A stretch of 64,000 nt of DNA from an uncultured Verrucomicrobiae bacterium (GCA_963764165.1 CAVXRD010000004.1:544001-608000), one strand, 5' to 3'; positions 22,794 to 33,166 are shown, counted from the stretch's first letter. The notes: generated from the letters alone by a model not told the origin. Made by a program: numbers and translations.

Positions 22794-25483
22794 ATGGCCG
22801 CGTCGGAAGCATCAAAAACCCCGGCCACCACGCCTAACTCCGTGGATCTCCACGCGTTAGTTGACAGTTTGGCAGCACGCTCGGATCGAGGCGACAAACC
22901 CATCGGGATGGGGCGTGATAGATTCCCCATTTTTGCCGATGATCCGCTGGTTGAAGCGCATAAGAAGCTGAACTCGTATTTGAACCAAGTTGCAGGCTCG
23001 CAATCCTGGAGAGCGAAGGCACGCGAATTTCCGGCGGGGGTTTCCTTACTCGGTGGCTCGAAGGAAGAAATGGCGTCTGCTTTCCGGGCGATCTTGGTGC
23101 GTATTCTGTTTTATGCCCGGGTCGAAAAGGGCAGAAACCGGCCCACCGGTTTGCTAGACTTGCGGATCTTCAACATGCTGGCCTCGTTTGCTCGCTCCCA
23201 GGGAGGCAACGCTGAAGCACAGCCGATGAGTCCTGACAATTTTGGCAGCCTGGCTGGAGAACTCCTTCGCAAAGACATTCGGATCTCGGAGAATGATCTC
23301 GTCTTTTGTTTGAAAATTACTTCGGAGCAGAAGGCTGATTCCTACGGCTTCCAGTGTCTCTCAAACGAAGGTGTGCTGCGCGCCGTCGAATTGCATATCG
23401 ATCGGCACGGGCTTAGTCCTGTCCTGCAAGCTGCTCTCACCCAGTGGCGCGAAAATCTTCAGGCATCGGAGCAAGTGTTCACCGCCGGTCGCAAACTCGT
23501 CACGCGACTCAGCTGCCTGCTCGATCTGCAGGTCGCGATTCCAATCGCTTCAGGAGAAGCATGGAGCAATGTCGCGCTCGACGATCTTGACAAAATGGCC
23601 GCCGAAACCAAAGCAAAATGGGGACGCCTGCTTCAGCACTGCGAATTGGCCGAGTCCTCCAAACCAACTCAAAAATGGCTCAAATCCGCCCGCGAGTGCG
23701 TCGAGGACGTCGACGTGATGAATTTAAAAAGTTTGTCCAGCGATGGTTTGATTTGGTTTCGCTCCCGCGCCCGATTCACCGCGAGCCAGCCTACGCCCAC
23801 TCGCCGGATCCTGATCAGCTCATCGGCGATTCCAACTCCGTGGTTCTAAAAGGTCTCGCGTGGGCGTGCTCAGAATTTGAAGACAAGGACGTAGTTCGAG
23901 CGCTCTCGATCCTGGCGCAAGTATGTTTCAAAAAGGTGCGAAATCACGGCGCTCGCTGTCCCCGCATTGGCAACGGAGCACTTTACAGTCTCAGCGCCAT
24001 TTCCCTGCCCGAAGCTGCTGCGGAGCTAACCCGGCTCGACCAGATTGTTAAACTGCCTTCTCTGAAAAAGGCCATCGGCAAATCGCTCGACAAGGCGGCG
24101 GAATCAAGCGGCCAAACCCGCGAAGATTTGCAGGAAGGAGCGATCCCAACTTACGGTTTGGACGCCCAAGGATATCTGAAGCAATCAATAGGCGGCTACA
24201 CTGCGGAGTTCGCTGTCGCTGGACCGGACGCATTTGAACTCCTCTGGCGCAACGCGGATGGGAAAACGCAGAAATCAATTCCCAAAGAATTGAAGGAACA
24301 GCACGCCGCCGAAATCAAAACTCTCCGGCGCACGATCCAGGACATCGAGAAAATGTTGCCAGCGCAATCCCGCCGGGTGGAGCAATTGTTTCTGGCAGAA
24401 CGGGAGTGGCCTTTCGCGCAGTGGCGTGAGCGCTATCTGGATCATCCTCTGATGGGGCTGATCAGTCGGCGGTTGATTTGGCATTTCCGACAAGGCGAAC
24501 GCCAGTCCGCTGGTATCTGGCGGAGTGGCAGTATGGTTGACAACCAAGGTCACATCTTGGATTGGCTTTCAACTGAAACCCGCGTTCGATTGTGGCATCC
24601 TCTCGGTCAGGAAATCGATCAAGTGGCGTGTTGGCGTCAGTGGTTGCAGGAAAGCGAAGTTTCGCAGCCGTTCAAACAGGCCCACCGCGAGATCTACGTT
24701 CTGACTGAGGCTGAGCTGCAAACGAACACATATTCAAACCGTTTTGCGGCGCACATCCTCCGACAGCACCAATTTGCCGCTCTGGCCCAGGAGCGTGGTT
24801 GGAAATATCGCCTGCAAGGCAAATTCGATTCCCACAATGTGCCAACGATCGAACTGCCGAGATGGAATTTAGCCGTTGAACTCTGGCTGGAGACTGATGG
24901 GGGCGATGCTGAAGCATCTGAAATGGGAATCTATCTTCACGCTGGGACGGACCAAGTGCGATTTTGCAGCCCAGATGGCACGCCGCGTCCCTTAAGCGAA
25001 GTTCCCGCCCTTGTTTTCTCTGAATTGATGCGTGACGTCGACTTATTCGTCGGCGTCTGCAGTATCGGCAATGATCCGGCCTGGCAGGACCGGGGCGATG
25101 CGGGCGCTCCTTATGATTATTGGCGGGCTTATGCCTTCGGAGATCTTTCGGCGACAGCCAAGACCAGACGCGAAGTTTTAGAAAAACTGGTGCCTCGTCT
25201 AAAGATCGCCAACAAGTGTGAACTGCAGGAGAAGTTCCTTGTGGTCCAAGGCTCGTTGCGCACCTACAAAATTCATCTTGGCAGCAGCAACATTTTGATG
25301 GCACCCAACGACCAATACTTGTGTATCGTTCCAGATCGAAGCACCAAGGCGCAAACCTTGCACGGCACGTTTCTGCCTTTTGAAGGCGACCAGACGTTGG
25401 CGATCATTCTGAGCAAGGCATTCCTCCTCGCAGACGATGCGAAAATTAAAGATCCGTCAATCATCCGACAATTAGCAAGATGA
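22794..25483 (+). CDS. Large DUF4132-type protein (~896 aa if joined), interrupted by a frameshift near 23712-23729
   Basis: ORFs 22794..23849 and 23618..25483 overlap. Motifs: YLDHPLM..ISRRLIW, VRLWHPL, QPFKQAHREIY, VPALVFSELMRDVDLFV, YKIHLGS, ILSKAFLLADD. Confidence 0.8.
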
Positions 25484-25596
25484 CTATCAGTCCTCACTTT
25501 TTGCACTTTTGCTTTCCTACTTTGATCCGTCATCCGCCATCGTTAAAACTATGACGGACAGGACGGTTCATCTCCAGTTTCTTTGCCTTCCCTTTT

Positions 25597-25702
25597 CTAC
25601 AAACCAATAGTTGCGAGAAAAATTCTGGGCGTCACAATGAGAACGCCTTGGAATTCCTTTATGGCAAGCAGGTCTTTGTCTCCCGCCGGCAACCACTCTC
25701 AC
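25597..25702 (-). pseudogene. PIN-domain toxin remnant with a large internal deletion
   Basis: GTG AGA GTG GTT GCC (MRVVA) directly abuts the C-terminal AGDKDLLAIKEFQGVLIVTPRIFLATIGL*. Confidence 0.7.
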
Positions 25703-25940
25703 CGCGAGCGCGGATCTCGGCGCGCACTTCGTTCACGACGGCTTGGATTTCGTCCATGGTCTTGGGTTCGTCAGGATAGGCCCGCATCTGTTCCACCATT
25801 TGGCGAAAATCTCGCATTGGCTTGTCAAGCTGGACTTCCCGCTCAACCAATTGCGTCAGCTTGCCAGGCTCAAGCAAACCCCTGGCCTTGGCCTCGTCCG
25901 CGACGGAATCCGGCAAATCCAGTTGTATCATAATGCTCAT
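25659..25940 (-). CDS. Putative antitoxin of a PIN-family TA pair
   Basis: IQLDLPDSVADEAKARGLL...TMDEIQAVVNEVRAE; overlaps the start of the PIN remnant. Confidence 0.7.
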   Translation of the reverse strand: MSIMIQLDLPDSVADEAKARGLLEPGKLTQLVEREVQLDKPMRDFRQMVEQMRAYPDEPKTMDEIQAVVNEVRAEIRARGESGCRRETKTCLP

Positions 25941-25995
25941 AACCGTTATTGGCGCTAAACACCGAATACACCGCAAAGTCAATCCGGGCGACTAA

Positions 25996-26991
25996 TCAGA
26001 AAAGACTGCTGACCATCGTTCCTAGTATGCTCAAGGGGCCGGTGTCTTCCAGGCTTTCGGTGGCTTTGTCCAGTTTTTGCAGGGAGAGTTTTGCGCCTTT
26101 GAGGAAACTGTCGTCGTTGATCAATTGGCCGACGGTGCCCTGGCCCTGGTCGATCTTGTGCGTGATTGAATTCAGGTTCGTCATCACGTTGTTCGCGTTC
26201 TTGAAAAGGCTGTCGTCCGTCAGCAATTTGCCTACCGTGCCCTGCCCGTTGCGCGCATCCGTAACCGTTTGATTCACGTTGCTCATCAGCATCTGCGCAT
26301 CACTGGCGACGCCTTTGACCTGGTCCGGCAGGGTCTGCAAATTGCTGATGACGCCTTGGGCGGAGACGTAAAGCGTGTCTTCGTTGATCAGTTTGCCCAC
26401 GGTGCCCTGCCCTTGCGCGATGCGATCCGTAACGGTCTTCATGTTGGCGAGCGAGGCGGTGATGTTGGTGCGGTTGTCCTTGATGAGGTCGGTGATCGGA
26501 CCGAGGAAGGTGTCAATTTTCTCGCCGCTGAAACTCTTGGTCAGATTCTCAACTCCGCTGGCGACAGAATCCAATTTCGTGAATAGCTGGCTCAAATCAG
26601 GCTGTTCGATCGTTTGCAGCATGGCGTTGTCCGCCGCGAGCGGCGAACCGGGCGCGCCGAAATCAATCGCCACGTAATTCTGCGCCATCAATCCGGTGAA
26701 ACTGATGGTGGCTTTGCTGTCGGTGTGGACGTCGGCTTTGCTGCGATTCAAGTTCATCGTCACGCGGACGCTGGCGTTGGTGAGTTCAATTTTATCCACC
26801 CGGCCCACTGTCACGCCCGCCATTTTGACAGGATCGCCGTCCTTCAGGTCCTGCACGTTTTTGAACTGCGCATAGACGTGGTATCCCCGCTCCAGAAATC
26901 CGAAGCTGCCCAGGTATTCGAGAATGATCAGGGCCAGAATAACGGCCAGGGCAAAAAAAAGCCCAAGTTTGCTTTCAACAGAATCTTTCAT
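25996..26991 (-). CDS. mlaD: MCE/MlaD-family lipid-binding subunit with helical repeats
   Basis: N-terminal TM segment; GDPVKMAGVTVGRV; three GQGTVG.L repeats. Confidence 0.9.
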   Translation of the reverse strand: MKDSVESKLGLFFALAVILALIILEYLGSFGFLERGYHVYAQFKNVQDLKDGDPVKMAGVTVGRVDKIELTNASVRVTMNLNRSKADVHTDSKATISFTGLMAQNYVAIDFGAPGSPLAADNAMLQTIEQPDLSQLFTKLDSVASGVENLTKSFSGEKIDTFLGPITDLIKDNRTNITASLANMKTVTDRIAQGQGTVGKLINEDTLYVSAQGVISNLQTLPDQVKGVASDAQMLMSNVNQTVTDARNGQGTVGKLLTDDSLFKNANNVMTNLNSITHKIDQGQGTVGQLINDDSFLKGAKLSLQKLDKATESLEDTGPLSILGTMVSSLF

Positions 26992-26994
26992 ATT

Positions 26995-27762
26995 TCAATG
27001 GGGTCTGGGCGGCGCTAATTCCGCCGTGATAAATTTCTGAATGACCGGGTCCTGATGGCGCTGCACTTCCTCAGGCGTGCCCATGAAAAGGATGCGCCCT
27101 TCATGGATCATCGCGATATGGTGGCCCGTGTTGAAGGCCAGCTCGCGGTCGTGCGTCACCACAATGGAAGTCGCGCCCGTGCGCTCGTTCAATTTCAAAA
27201 TCTCTTCTCCGATGGTCACCGCCATCAGCGGATCCAATTCGGAAGTCGGCTCGTCGAAGAGCACCAACTGCGGCTCGACGACCAGCGCGCGGGCGATGGC
27301 CACGCGCTTCTGCATGCCGCCGGACAACTCTCCAGGCGAACGGTCTTCCAATCCTTTCAACCCAACCGTCTCCAGCGCGCGGGCGACAATGTCGTCGATT
27401 TCGGACGGCTTTTTAACATGGTGTTCCGTGAGATAAAGCCCCACGTTCTCGCCCACCGACAAGGAGGTCAGCAACGCGGCCGATTGGAACACCATTGCCA
27501 TCCGGTACTTGTCGCGAACCGCCCGATCCTGAACGGATTCTCCATCCAGCAGAATTTCGCCCGAGTCAGGATTCATCAAGCCGATGATGTGCTTGAGCAG
27601 CACGCTTTTGCCGCTGCCGCTGGGGCCCATGATGACGAAGCGCTCGCCTTCCTTCACTTTGAACGAAATGCCCTTGAGCACTTCGATCTCGCCAAAATTC
27701 TTGCGCAGATCGCGGACTTCAACCGTGACGCTCTTGGAATTGGATTTCGGGCTGGCGCTCAT
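26995..27762 (-). CDS. mlaF: MlaF-like ABC ATPase
   Basis: GPSGSGKS, LSGGMQKRVAIARAL and FDEPT motifs. Confidence 0.9.
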   Translation of the reverse strand: MSASPKSNSKSVTVEVRDLRKNFGEIEVLKGISFKVKEGERFVIMGPSGSGKSVLLKHIIGLMNPDSGEILLDGESVQDRAVRDKYRMAMVFQSAALLTSLSVGENVGLYLTEHHVKKPSEIDDIVARALETVGLKGLEDRSPGELSGGMQKRVAIARALVVEPQLVLFDEPTSELDPLMAVTIGEEILKLNERTGATSIVVTHDRELAFNTGHHIAMIHEGRILFMGTPEEVQRHQDPVIQKFITAELAPPRPH

Positions 27763-28505
27763 TTTTGGATATATAACAGGAAACGCGTGACGAAATAATC
27801 GAGGATCAGGATGAGCACGATGGAATTGACGACCGCCTTGGTCACGCTGCGCCCAATGCCCCGCGGCCCGCCGCGGGTGATCAACCCCTGGTGGCAGGAA
27901 ACAATGCCGATGGCCAGCGCGAAAATAAAAGATTTGAATAATCCATTGACGACATCACCCATATCAACGCCCTCGCGCAAATTCTCGAAGAAACTGGTGA
28001 AATTGAGCATGACCTTCTGGTTGAACTGGCATACCAGGGCGCCTCCGATCCATCCGACCGGAATCGAGAAAAGCACCAGCACCGGCAGCGAAATCGCGAT
28101 GGCCACCATGCGCGGCAGAACCAGATAACGCACCGGGTCGATATTCATTGTCTTCAACGCGTCGATTTCCTCGTAAACCTGCATGGAGCCAATTTCCGCC
28201 GACATGGCCGAGCCGATGCGCCCAGCCACCAGGATCGCAATCATCACGGGGGCCAGCTCCTTGCACATGGAAAGCCCGATCATTCCGCCGATGACGGAGC
28301 TGATCCCGCGCTTGACCAATTCCGGCCCCGTCTGCAAAGCGAGCACGCCGCCAATAAAAAGCGAGAGGATGCACACCATGAAAAGGCTCGAAAGCCCGAT
28401 TTCAGTGAGCTGCTCAAACACCTTGGCCCGATGCCGCCAGGCGTCAGGAACAGCGCGCAGGGTCTGCCAGAACAGGACTAGAATCTCTCCAATATTGTGA
28501 AACAT
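27759..28505 (-). CDS. mlaE: MlaE-family ABC permease
   Basis: ELAPV..AILVAGRIGSAMSAEIGSM..YEEIDAL; ATG overlaps the upstream stop (TGATG). Confidence 0.9.
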   Translation of the reverse strand: MFHNIGEILVLFWQTLRAVPDAWRHRAKVFEQLTEIGLSSLFMVCILSLFIGGVLALQTGPELVKRGISSVIGGMIGLSMCKELAPVMIAILVAGRIGSAMSAEIGSMQVYEEIDALKTMNIDPVRYLVLPRMVAIAISLPVLVLFSIPVGWIGGALVCQFNQKVMLNFTSFFENLREGVDMGDVVNGLFKSFIFALAIGIVSCHQGLITRGGPRGIGRSVTKAVVNSIVLILILDYFVTRFLLYIQK

Positions 28506-29941
28506 CACGGTTTTGCGGCGGAACGGCCAAAGCGGCCAAAACGCCAATGTGTGCCGTCCGGCGTGGATTCATACTGAAAAAGTCCGAAGAAGAGCGAGGC
28601 TTTTTTTGTACTGTTTCTAGTTTCGCGGCGGTAAAAATTCCACAACAGCGACTGGCAGGTGGCGCCGGTGCGGGCGTTTTTCTCGTTATGCCAGAGGGTG
28701 TAAACCGGGGAATATTCGCGCGGAATGGTTCGGTTATTCGGGAAAAGCGGATCAAGAATGGCCAGAATTTGCAACCGCCGGTTGCCATCGAGCTCGCGGT
28801 CGTAACTATAAAACGGCCAGAAATCGACGCGCCGCTTGAAATCGTGCGACTGCGTGTTCCGCTCCACCGTGTCCGAGTAAAGAAAATACAGGACGCGGCT
28901 GCGGTGGCGGTCCAGCGGCGCCGCCTGCAGGCGGTTGTATTTGTACAATAGAAATCCGTAAAAATCGCTTTGCAGCCCGTTGTGCTCTGCGTGGCTGTAG
29001 AACGGAAACACACGGTTGATGGTCTTGCTGCCCCGCGCGCGCACAAAAAGCGGCCAGAGAAAATCGTGCTCGTCATAGCCCTGCCCCCGATCATGCACAA
29101 CGTTGAACCCCAGCGGAAATCCGTAGGAAAGCTGGTCGCGCAACGGCGAGTGCGATTGGCTGTAAAGCGGGATGAGCGTAAAGCTGGTGACGGGATTGGT
29201 CGTGCCCAAGCCGTCGTAATTCCGAAAGCCAAACGGCCACATGACGAAGCGCTTGTCGTAGCCGCCAATCGTCTCAAGTTCATCGACCGTGTTCGTGAAA
29301 GTCCGCGGCAGCCTCTGTTCGATCCCGTAGAAAGGCCAGATTTGCCACCCTTCCAGGTTGTTCCCATGCCGGACATCGTAAAACGGGTACATATAATTAT
29401 ACGTGACAACGTCCTTCTTCTCGGTTCTCGACCATAGCGGAAACATGACAAACTTGATATCATTGCGGAACATTCGATTCTCGAGATGGCCGTAAAACGG
29501 AAAGACCGCCGTGTAACCGTCATTGGTGGCCGTTGATCTCTGATGAAAATAAAACGGGAAAACGGTCGTGTGGTGGAACGTATTTGATTGCGCGGTGTCT
29601 CCGCCGGAAATGCTGAACACCTGCGCGATCTGCCAGCGATATTCCGGTCCGAACCGCCGATAATTGATTACAGGATACAAGAAATCCCATTCGCTCCAGC
29701 CGACGTCCGGCGTCACTGTGCGGCAATAAAAAGGCGGCAGCGCCCATTGCCGCTGCGCGCCAATGGTCTGCTCATAAAAGAACGGGCCAGCCATGTCTTC
29801 GCGCAGGCCGGATTCCAGCGTCAAACGATATTTGGAAAACGCGGGGCCAATATTGATCTCATCCCCATGCGCGCGGAAAGCTCCGACGCAGGCGGAGGCG
29901 GCGACAAAACAGGCTGCTAGAAATTGTTCGAGTTTAACCAT
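28505..29941 (-). CDS. Exported hypothetical protein with periodic aromatic (F/W)PFY repeats
   Basis: Signal-peptide-like MVKLEQFLAACFVAASAC; more than 10 VFPFY/IWPFY-like motifs; coupled to mlaE. Confidence 0.75.
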   Translation of the reverse strand: MVKLEQFLAACFVAASACVGAFRAHGDEINIGPAFSKYRLTLESGLREDMAGPFFYEQTIGAQRQWALPPFYCRTVTPDVGWSEWDFLYPVINYRRFGPEYRWQIAQVFSISGGDTAQSNTFHHTTVFPFYFHQRSTATNDGYTAVFPFYGHLENRMFRNDIKFVMFPLWSRTEKKDVVTYNYMYPFYDVRHGNNLEGWQIWPFYGIEQRLPRTFTNTVDELETIGGYDKRFVMWPFGFRNYDGLGTTNPVTSFTLIPLYSQSHSPLRDQLSYGFPLGFNVVHDRGQGYDEHDFLWPLFVRARGSKTINRVFPFYSHAEHNGLQSDFYGFLLYKYNRLQAAPLDRHRSRVLYFLYSDTVERNTQSHDFKRRVDFWPFYSYDRELDGNRRLQILAILDPLFPNNRTIPREYSPVYTLWHNEKNARTGATCQSLLWNFYRRETRNSTKKASLFFGLFQYESTPDGTHWRFGRFGRSAAKP

Positions 29942-29952
29942 GAACGCAACGA

Positions 29953-32900
29953 TCAAGGCCTCGAGGCCTCTTCTTCCGAGGAACGCCCCCGATTGAGCCC
30001 CTTGGTTACGTTCCAGCCGAAATCGCTCAAAATGCTGATCATCGCGGGCACCAATGTGAGGCCCGCGATCATGCAAGCGCCGATTCCCAGCGACATCACC
30101 AAGCCAAGACTCCAGAGACCCTGATGTTTGCCGAGCATGAGGCAGCCGAAACCCGTCAAGGCTGTCAATCCCGAAACTAGCACGGCCTTGCCGGTGCTCT
30201 TGCCCAGAATACTGGCTTTTTCCTCTTCCGCCACCCGATTCAAAATATGAATGCCGTTGGTCACACCAATGCCGATGACAAGAGGCAGGGTCATAATGTT
30301 CGCCGGATTGAACGGCACGCCCAGCCATCCCATGAATCCAAGCGTCCAAGCTGATCCGATCACCACCGGCAGCAGCGCCAGCAGCACGCAGACCAACGAA
30401 CGGAAATGGACATAAACCATGATGGCGATCACAATCAGCGAGATAATCGCGGCCTGCTGATAACTGACTTTCAACAGCGTGGTGTATTCATAGAGCTGCA
30501 CGGGCATGCCGGTGACGCGATCCGCTTCTGGCCCAAGCGCGCCACGCAGTTGCGCAATGAACTTCTCCTGCACGTCATGCTTCCACACGTCATCCTTGGG
30601 AAAGACTTGCACCAGGTACTTTCCGGTCTTGCCAACAAATCGCGAATACAAGGCGGGCGGCAAATCCTCCGGGCGCAAATCGCCGCTGGCATCCTGCTTT
30701 TGGATGGCTTCAAACGTCGTGCGAATATCCGCAAACAGCGCCTCCTGATAGACGCGCAGGCGCCGGGGAATCTCAGGGTCCCCGCTCAGCATCTTCACGC
30801 GAAACTCACTGATGGAATTGATGAGATTGGTCACCTCGGCGGCCAGCTCGGGGCGCTCTTTGGCAGTCTGGTTGTAGACATTGTAAAAATAGCCCATCGT
30901 TCCGTAAAGAGTCAGGCTCAACGCGTGCAGGGCGACTGCGTTGGTATCGGCCGGCGCGAATTTCAAATCAGCGATTCCACCTTTGATTTGCCGCACCAGC
31001 TTCAACTCATCAGCTTGATTCTTCGTCATCAAATCAAACATCGCCACCCCGCGGTCACTGCCGTCGACACTTGCAACCGACGAGAGGTTGGTCACGACGT
31101 GCTCGTATTCAGCCGCCTGCTTAAGCGAATCCGCCACGATCGCCGCATACAGGAGCGATTGCCCAGGCTGCACCGCGATCACACAGGGGTAAGCGTCCTG
31201 CAGCAGCATTTGATTCAATCGAATTTCATCCGCTCCCGCCGGTTTTGACGCCAAAAGAGCCTTGGTCTTGGGGCCAAGCTGAACGGATTGAAAACGCTCG
31301 GGGGTGTAAATCAGCGGACCATCGATGATTTGGTTAAAATCCTTGACCAAGGCGGATTCCAGTTCATCCGATTCCGAATTGGTGCCGTGATAGGCTTCCA
31401 GCGCCGCCCGGGCCTGAACATCCAGGTGCGACGCGATGAAGGCGGAAACCGGATCACGCTTTTCCTTCAAATCGTCCGCCAGCACGGGAAGGTTGGTAAT
31501 GTCATCGGTCGAGAATGTTGTGGCGCCGGAGAACAGCAGCTTCTTTTCGTAATCCACCGCCGCCAGGCCTTTGCTCTGCATGTTCAGGAGGTTGTAGTCG
31601 AACGAAACCTTTCCGAATTGAGTGGCCCCGATGAGGCAAGCGACGATGGTCCCACCCACCACCCAGCGCGGGCGCGCCAGCCAGGCGTTCTCAAGGCGAT
31701 TGCGGCCCTCGGACGAGAGCCCGACGGCGTGATCGATGGCATTTTGGCGCCCCCTTAACAGCAGCGCGGGAAGCATCGTGAGCATGGGAATCAAACAGAG
31801 CGCCAGGCCCCCGCCGGAAATAATTCCCATTTCCTTGATGCCGCGAAAATCGGTAAAGCCCATCGCCAAAAACGCCACTGCCGTCGTCAACGCGCCTGTC
31901 ACGATCCCCTGCCCTGTGAAGACGAGCGCCCGTTCGACAGCTTCCCGCGGAGACGCTTTCTTTCGCACTTCCTCCTCGAATCGAGTGATGAAATGGATGC
32001 CGAAATCAATGGCAAGGCCAATCAGAATCGGCGCAAACGTCACCGTCAGAATATTCAAATGGCCGACTGCCAGCGTGCCAAACCCCATGCTGTAACCCAA
32101 TCCCACGACGAGGCACACCATCGCCTTGAGCGGGCGGCCGGTTTCGCGGTAGGCGTAAATGAAAATCAAGGAACAGATCACCAGCGAGACAAGCGTGGCC
32201 TCCGTGGCGTCGCGCTCGGATTGCACCATCTGGTCGTAATCCAGCACGGGCGCTCCCGTGACGCCAACATTCAATCCGGGAACTTCGCTGGCGGTTTCGT
32301 TGACAAGCTGCCGCATGCGGCGGACAGATTCTTCCACCACCTTGCCGTTGCGCGGGCGGGCGGTGACCAGAAAGATGCGCCCATTGGCCAGCGTGATGTA
32401 CATGCGCCGCTGCGCTTCCTCGCCTGCTCCAAAGAGCGCCGTGACTCCCGGTGAAACGGGCGTCCCCGGACGATTCAAACTGTCCGTCGCCTCGTCGATG
32501 ATCCGCTGCAGCGCGGGCAGAGCGCCGATGAGGGCGTTGTTGGCGGCATTTTCCTCCTGCTTGGCGGTGCGAATCTGGCGATTGACCATTCCGAAAAACG
32601 AATCCAGATTGCTGGCGGTCGTGAATTGTTGGATGAACGGCGGGTACTTCTCCAGCTTCTCGCGCATCTGCTCCAAATCGGCTTTGGGAACAAACAGCAG
32701 CGCTTTCCTGCCAAGCGACGGCAAATCTCCCTTGTAAAAAATGTCCGTGAAGAGATTGGTTTCCGGCTGCAGCTTGGCGGCGAGGCGTTCGACAAATTGC
32801 CGGTTGCGGTCCAAGTCCTCGCTTTCCACCACCACCGCCAATTCGTCCTCGCCGGGAAATTCCTCACGGAATTTCAAGTAGATTTCGTGCGACTTCTGCC

Positions 32901-33075
32901 CTCCGCCGACGAGGTTGTCCTGGTTCATGTCGAACTTCAGGAACAGCGCGGTGTAAAGGCAGCAGAAAGCGAAGATAACCAATTGCGGCAGGATGAACCA
33001 CTTCGGGTGCTTGCACACCAGCCGCGCCACGGCGCGGAGGAACCCCGCGAAAAGTGTATGGCCGGCGGGACTCAC
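29953..33075 (-). CDS. MMPL/RND transporter (HpnN-like)
   Basis: Two MMPL repeats with IGLAIDFGIH and IGIGVTNGIH motifs; 1040 aa. Confidence 0.9.
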   Translation of the reverse strand: MSPAGHTLFAGFLRAVARLVCKHPKWFILPQLVIFAFCCLYTALFLKFDMNQDNLVGGGQKSHEIYLKFREEFPGEDELAVVVESEDLDRNRQFVERLAAKLQPETNLFTDIFYKGDLPSLGRKALLFVPKADLEQMREKLEKYPPFIQQFTTASNLDSFFGMVNRQIRTAKQEENAANNALIGALPALQRIIDEATDSLNRPGTPVSPGVTALFGAGEEAQRRMYITLANGRIFLVTARPRNGKVVEESVRRMRQLVNETASEVPGLNVGVTGAPVLDYDQMVQSERDATEATLVSLVICSLIFIYAYRETGRPLKAMVCLVVGLGYSMGFGTLAVGHLNILTVTFAPILIGLAIDFGIHFITRFEEEVRKKASPREAVERALVFTGQGIVTGALTTAVAFLAMGFTDFRGIKEMGIISGGGLALCLIPMLTMLPALLLRGRQNAIDHAVGLSSEGRNRLENAWLARPRWVVGGTIVACLIGATQFGKVSFDYNLLNMQSKGLAAVDYEKKLLFSGATTFSTDDITNLPVLADDLKEKRDPVSAFIASHLDVQARAALEAYHGTNSESDELESALVKDFNQIIDGPLIYTPERFQSVQLGPKTKALLASKPAGADEIRLNQMLLQDAYPCVIAVQPGQSLLYAAIVADSLKQAAEYEHVVTNLSSVASVDGSDRGVAMFDLMTKNQADELKLVRQIKGGIADLKFAPADTNAVALHALSLTLYGTMGYFYNVYNQTAKERPELAAEVTNLINSISEFRVKMLSGDPEIPRRLRVYQEALFADIRTTFEAIQKQDASGDLRPEDLPPALYSRFVGKTGKYLVQVFPKDDVWKHDVQEKFIAQLRGALGPEADRVTGMPVQLYEYTTLLKVSYQQAAIISLIVIAIMVYVHFRSLVCVLLALLPVVIGSAWTLGFMGWLGVPFNPANIMTLPLVIGIGVTNGIHILNRVAEEEKASILGKSTGKAVLVSGLTALTGFGCLMLGKHQGLWSLGLVMSLGIGACMIAGLTLVPAMISILSDFGWNVTKGLNRGRSSEEEASRP

Positions 33076-33166
33076 GCGTGTTCCTGGAATTGGCAGGATT
33101 TAATGTTCAAAATCAGTTATTATCTGACAGCTCCGCCCAGGGATTTTATTCACCTGGAGGCACTGC

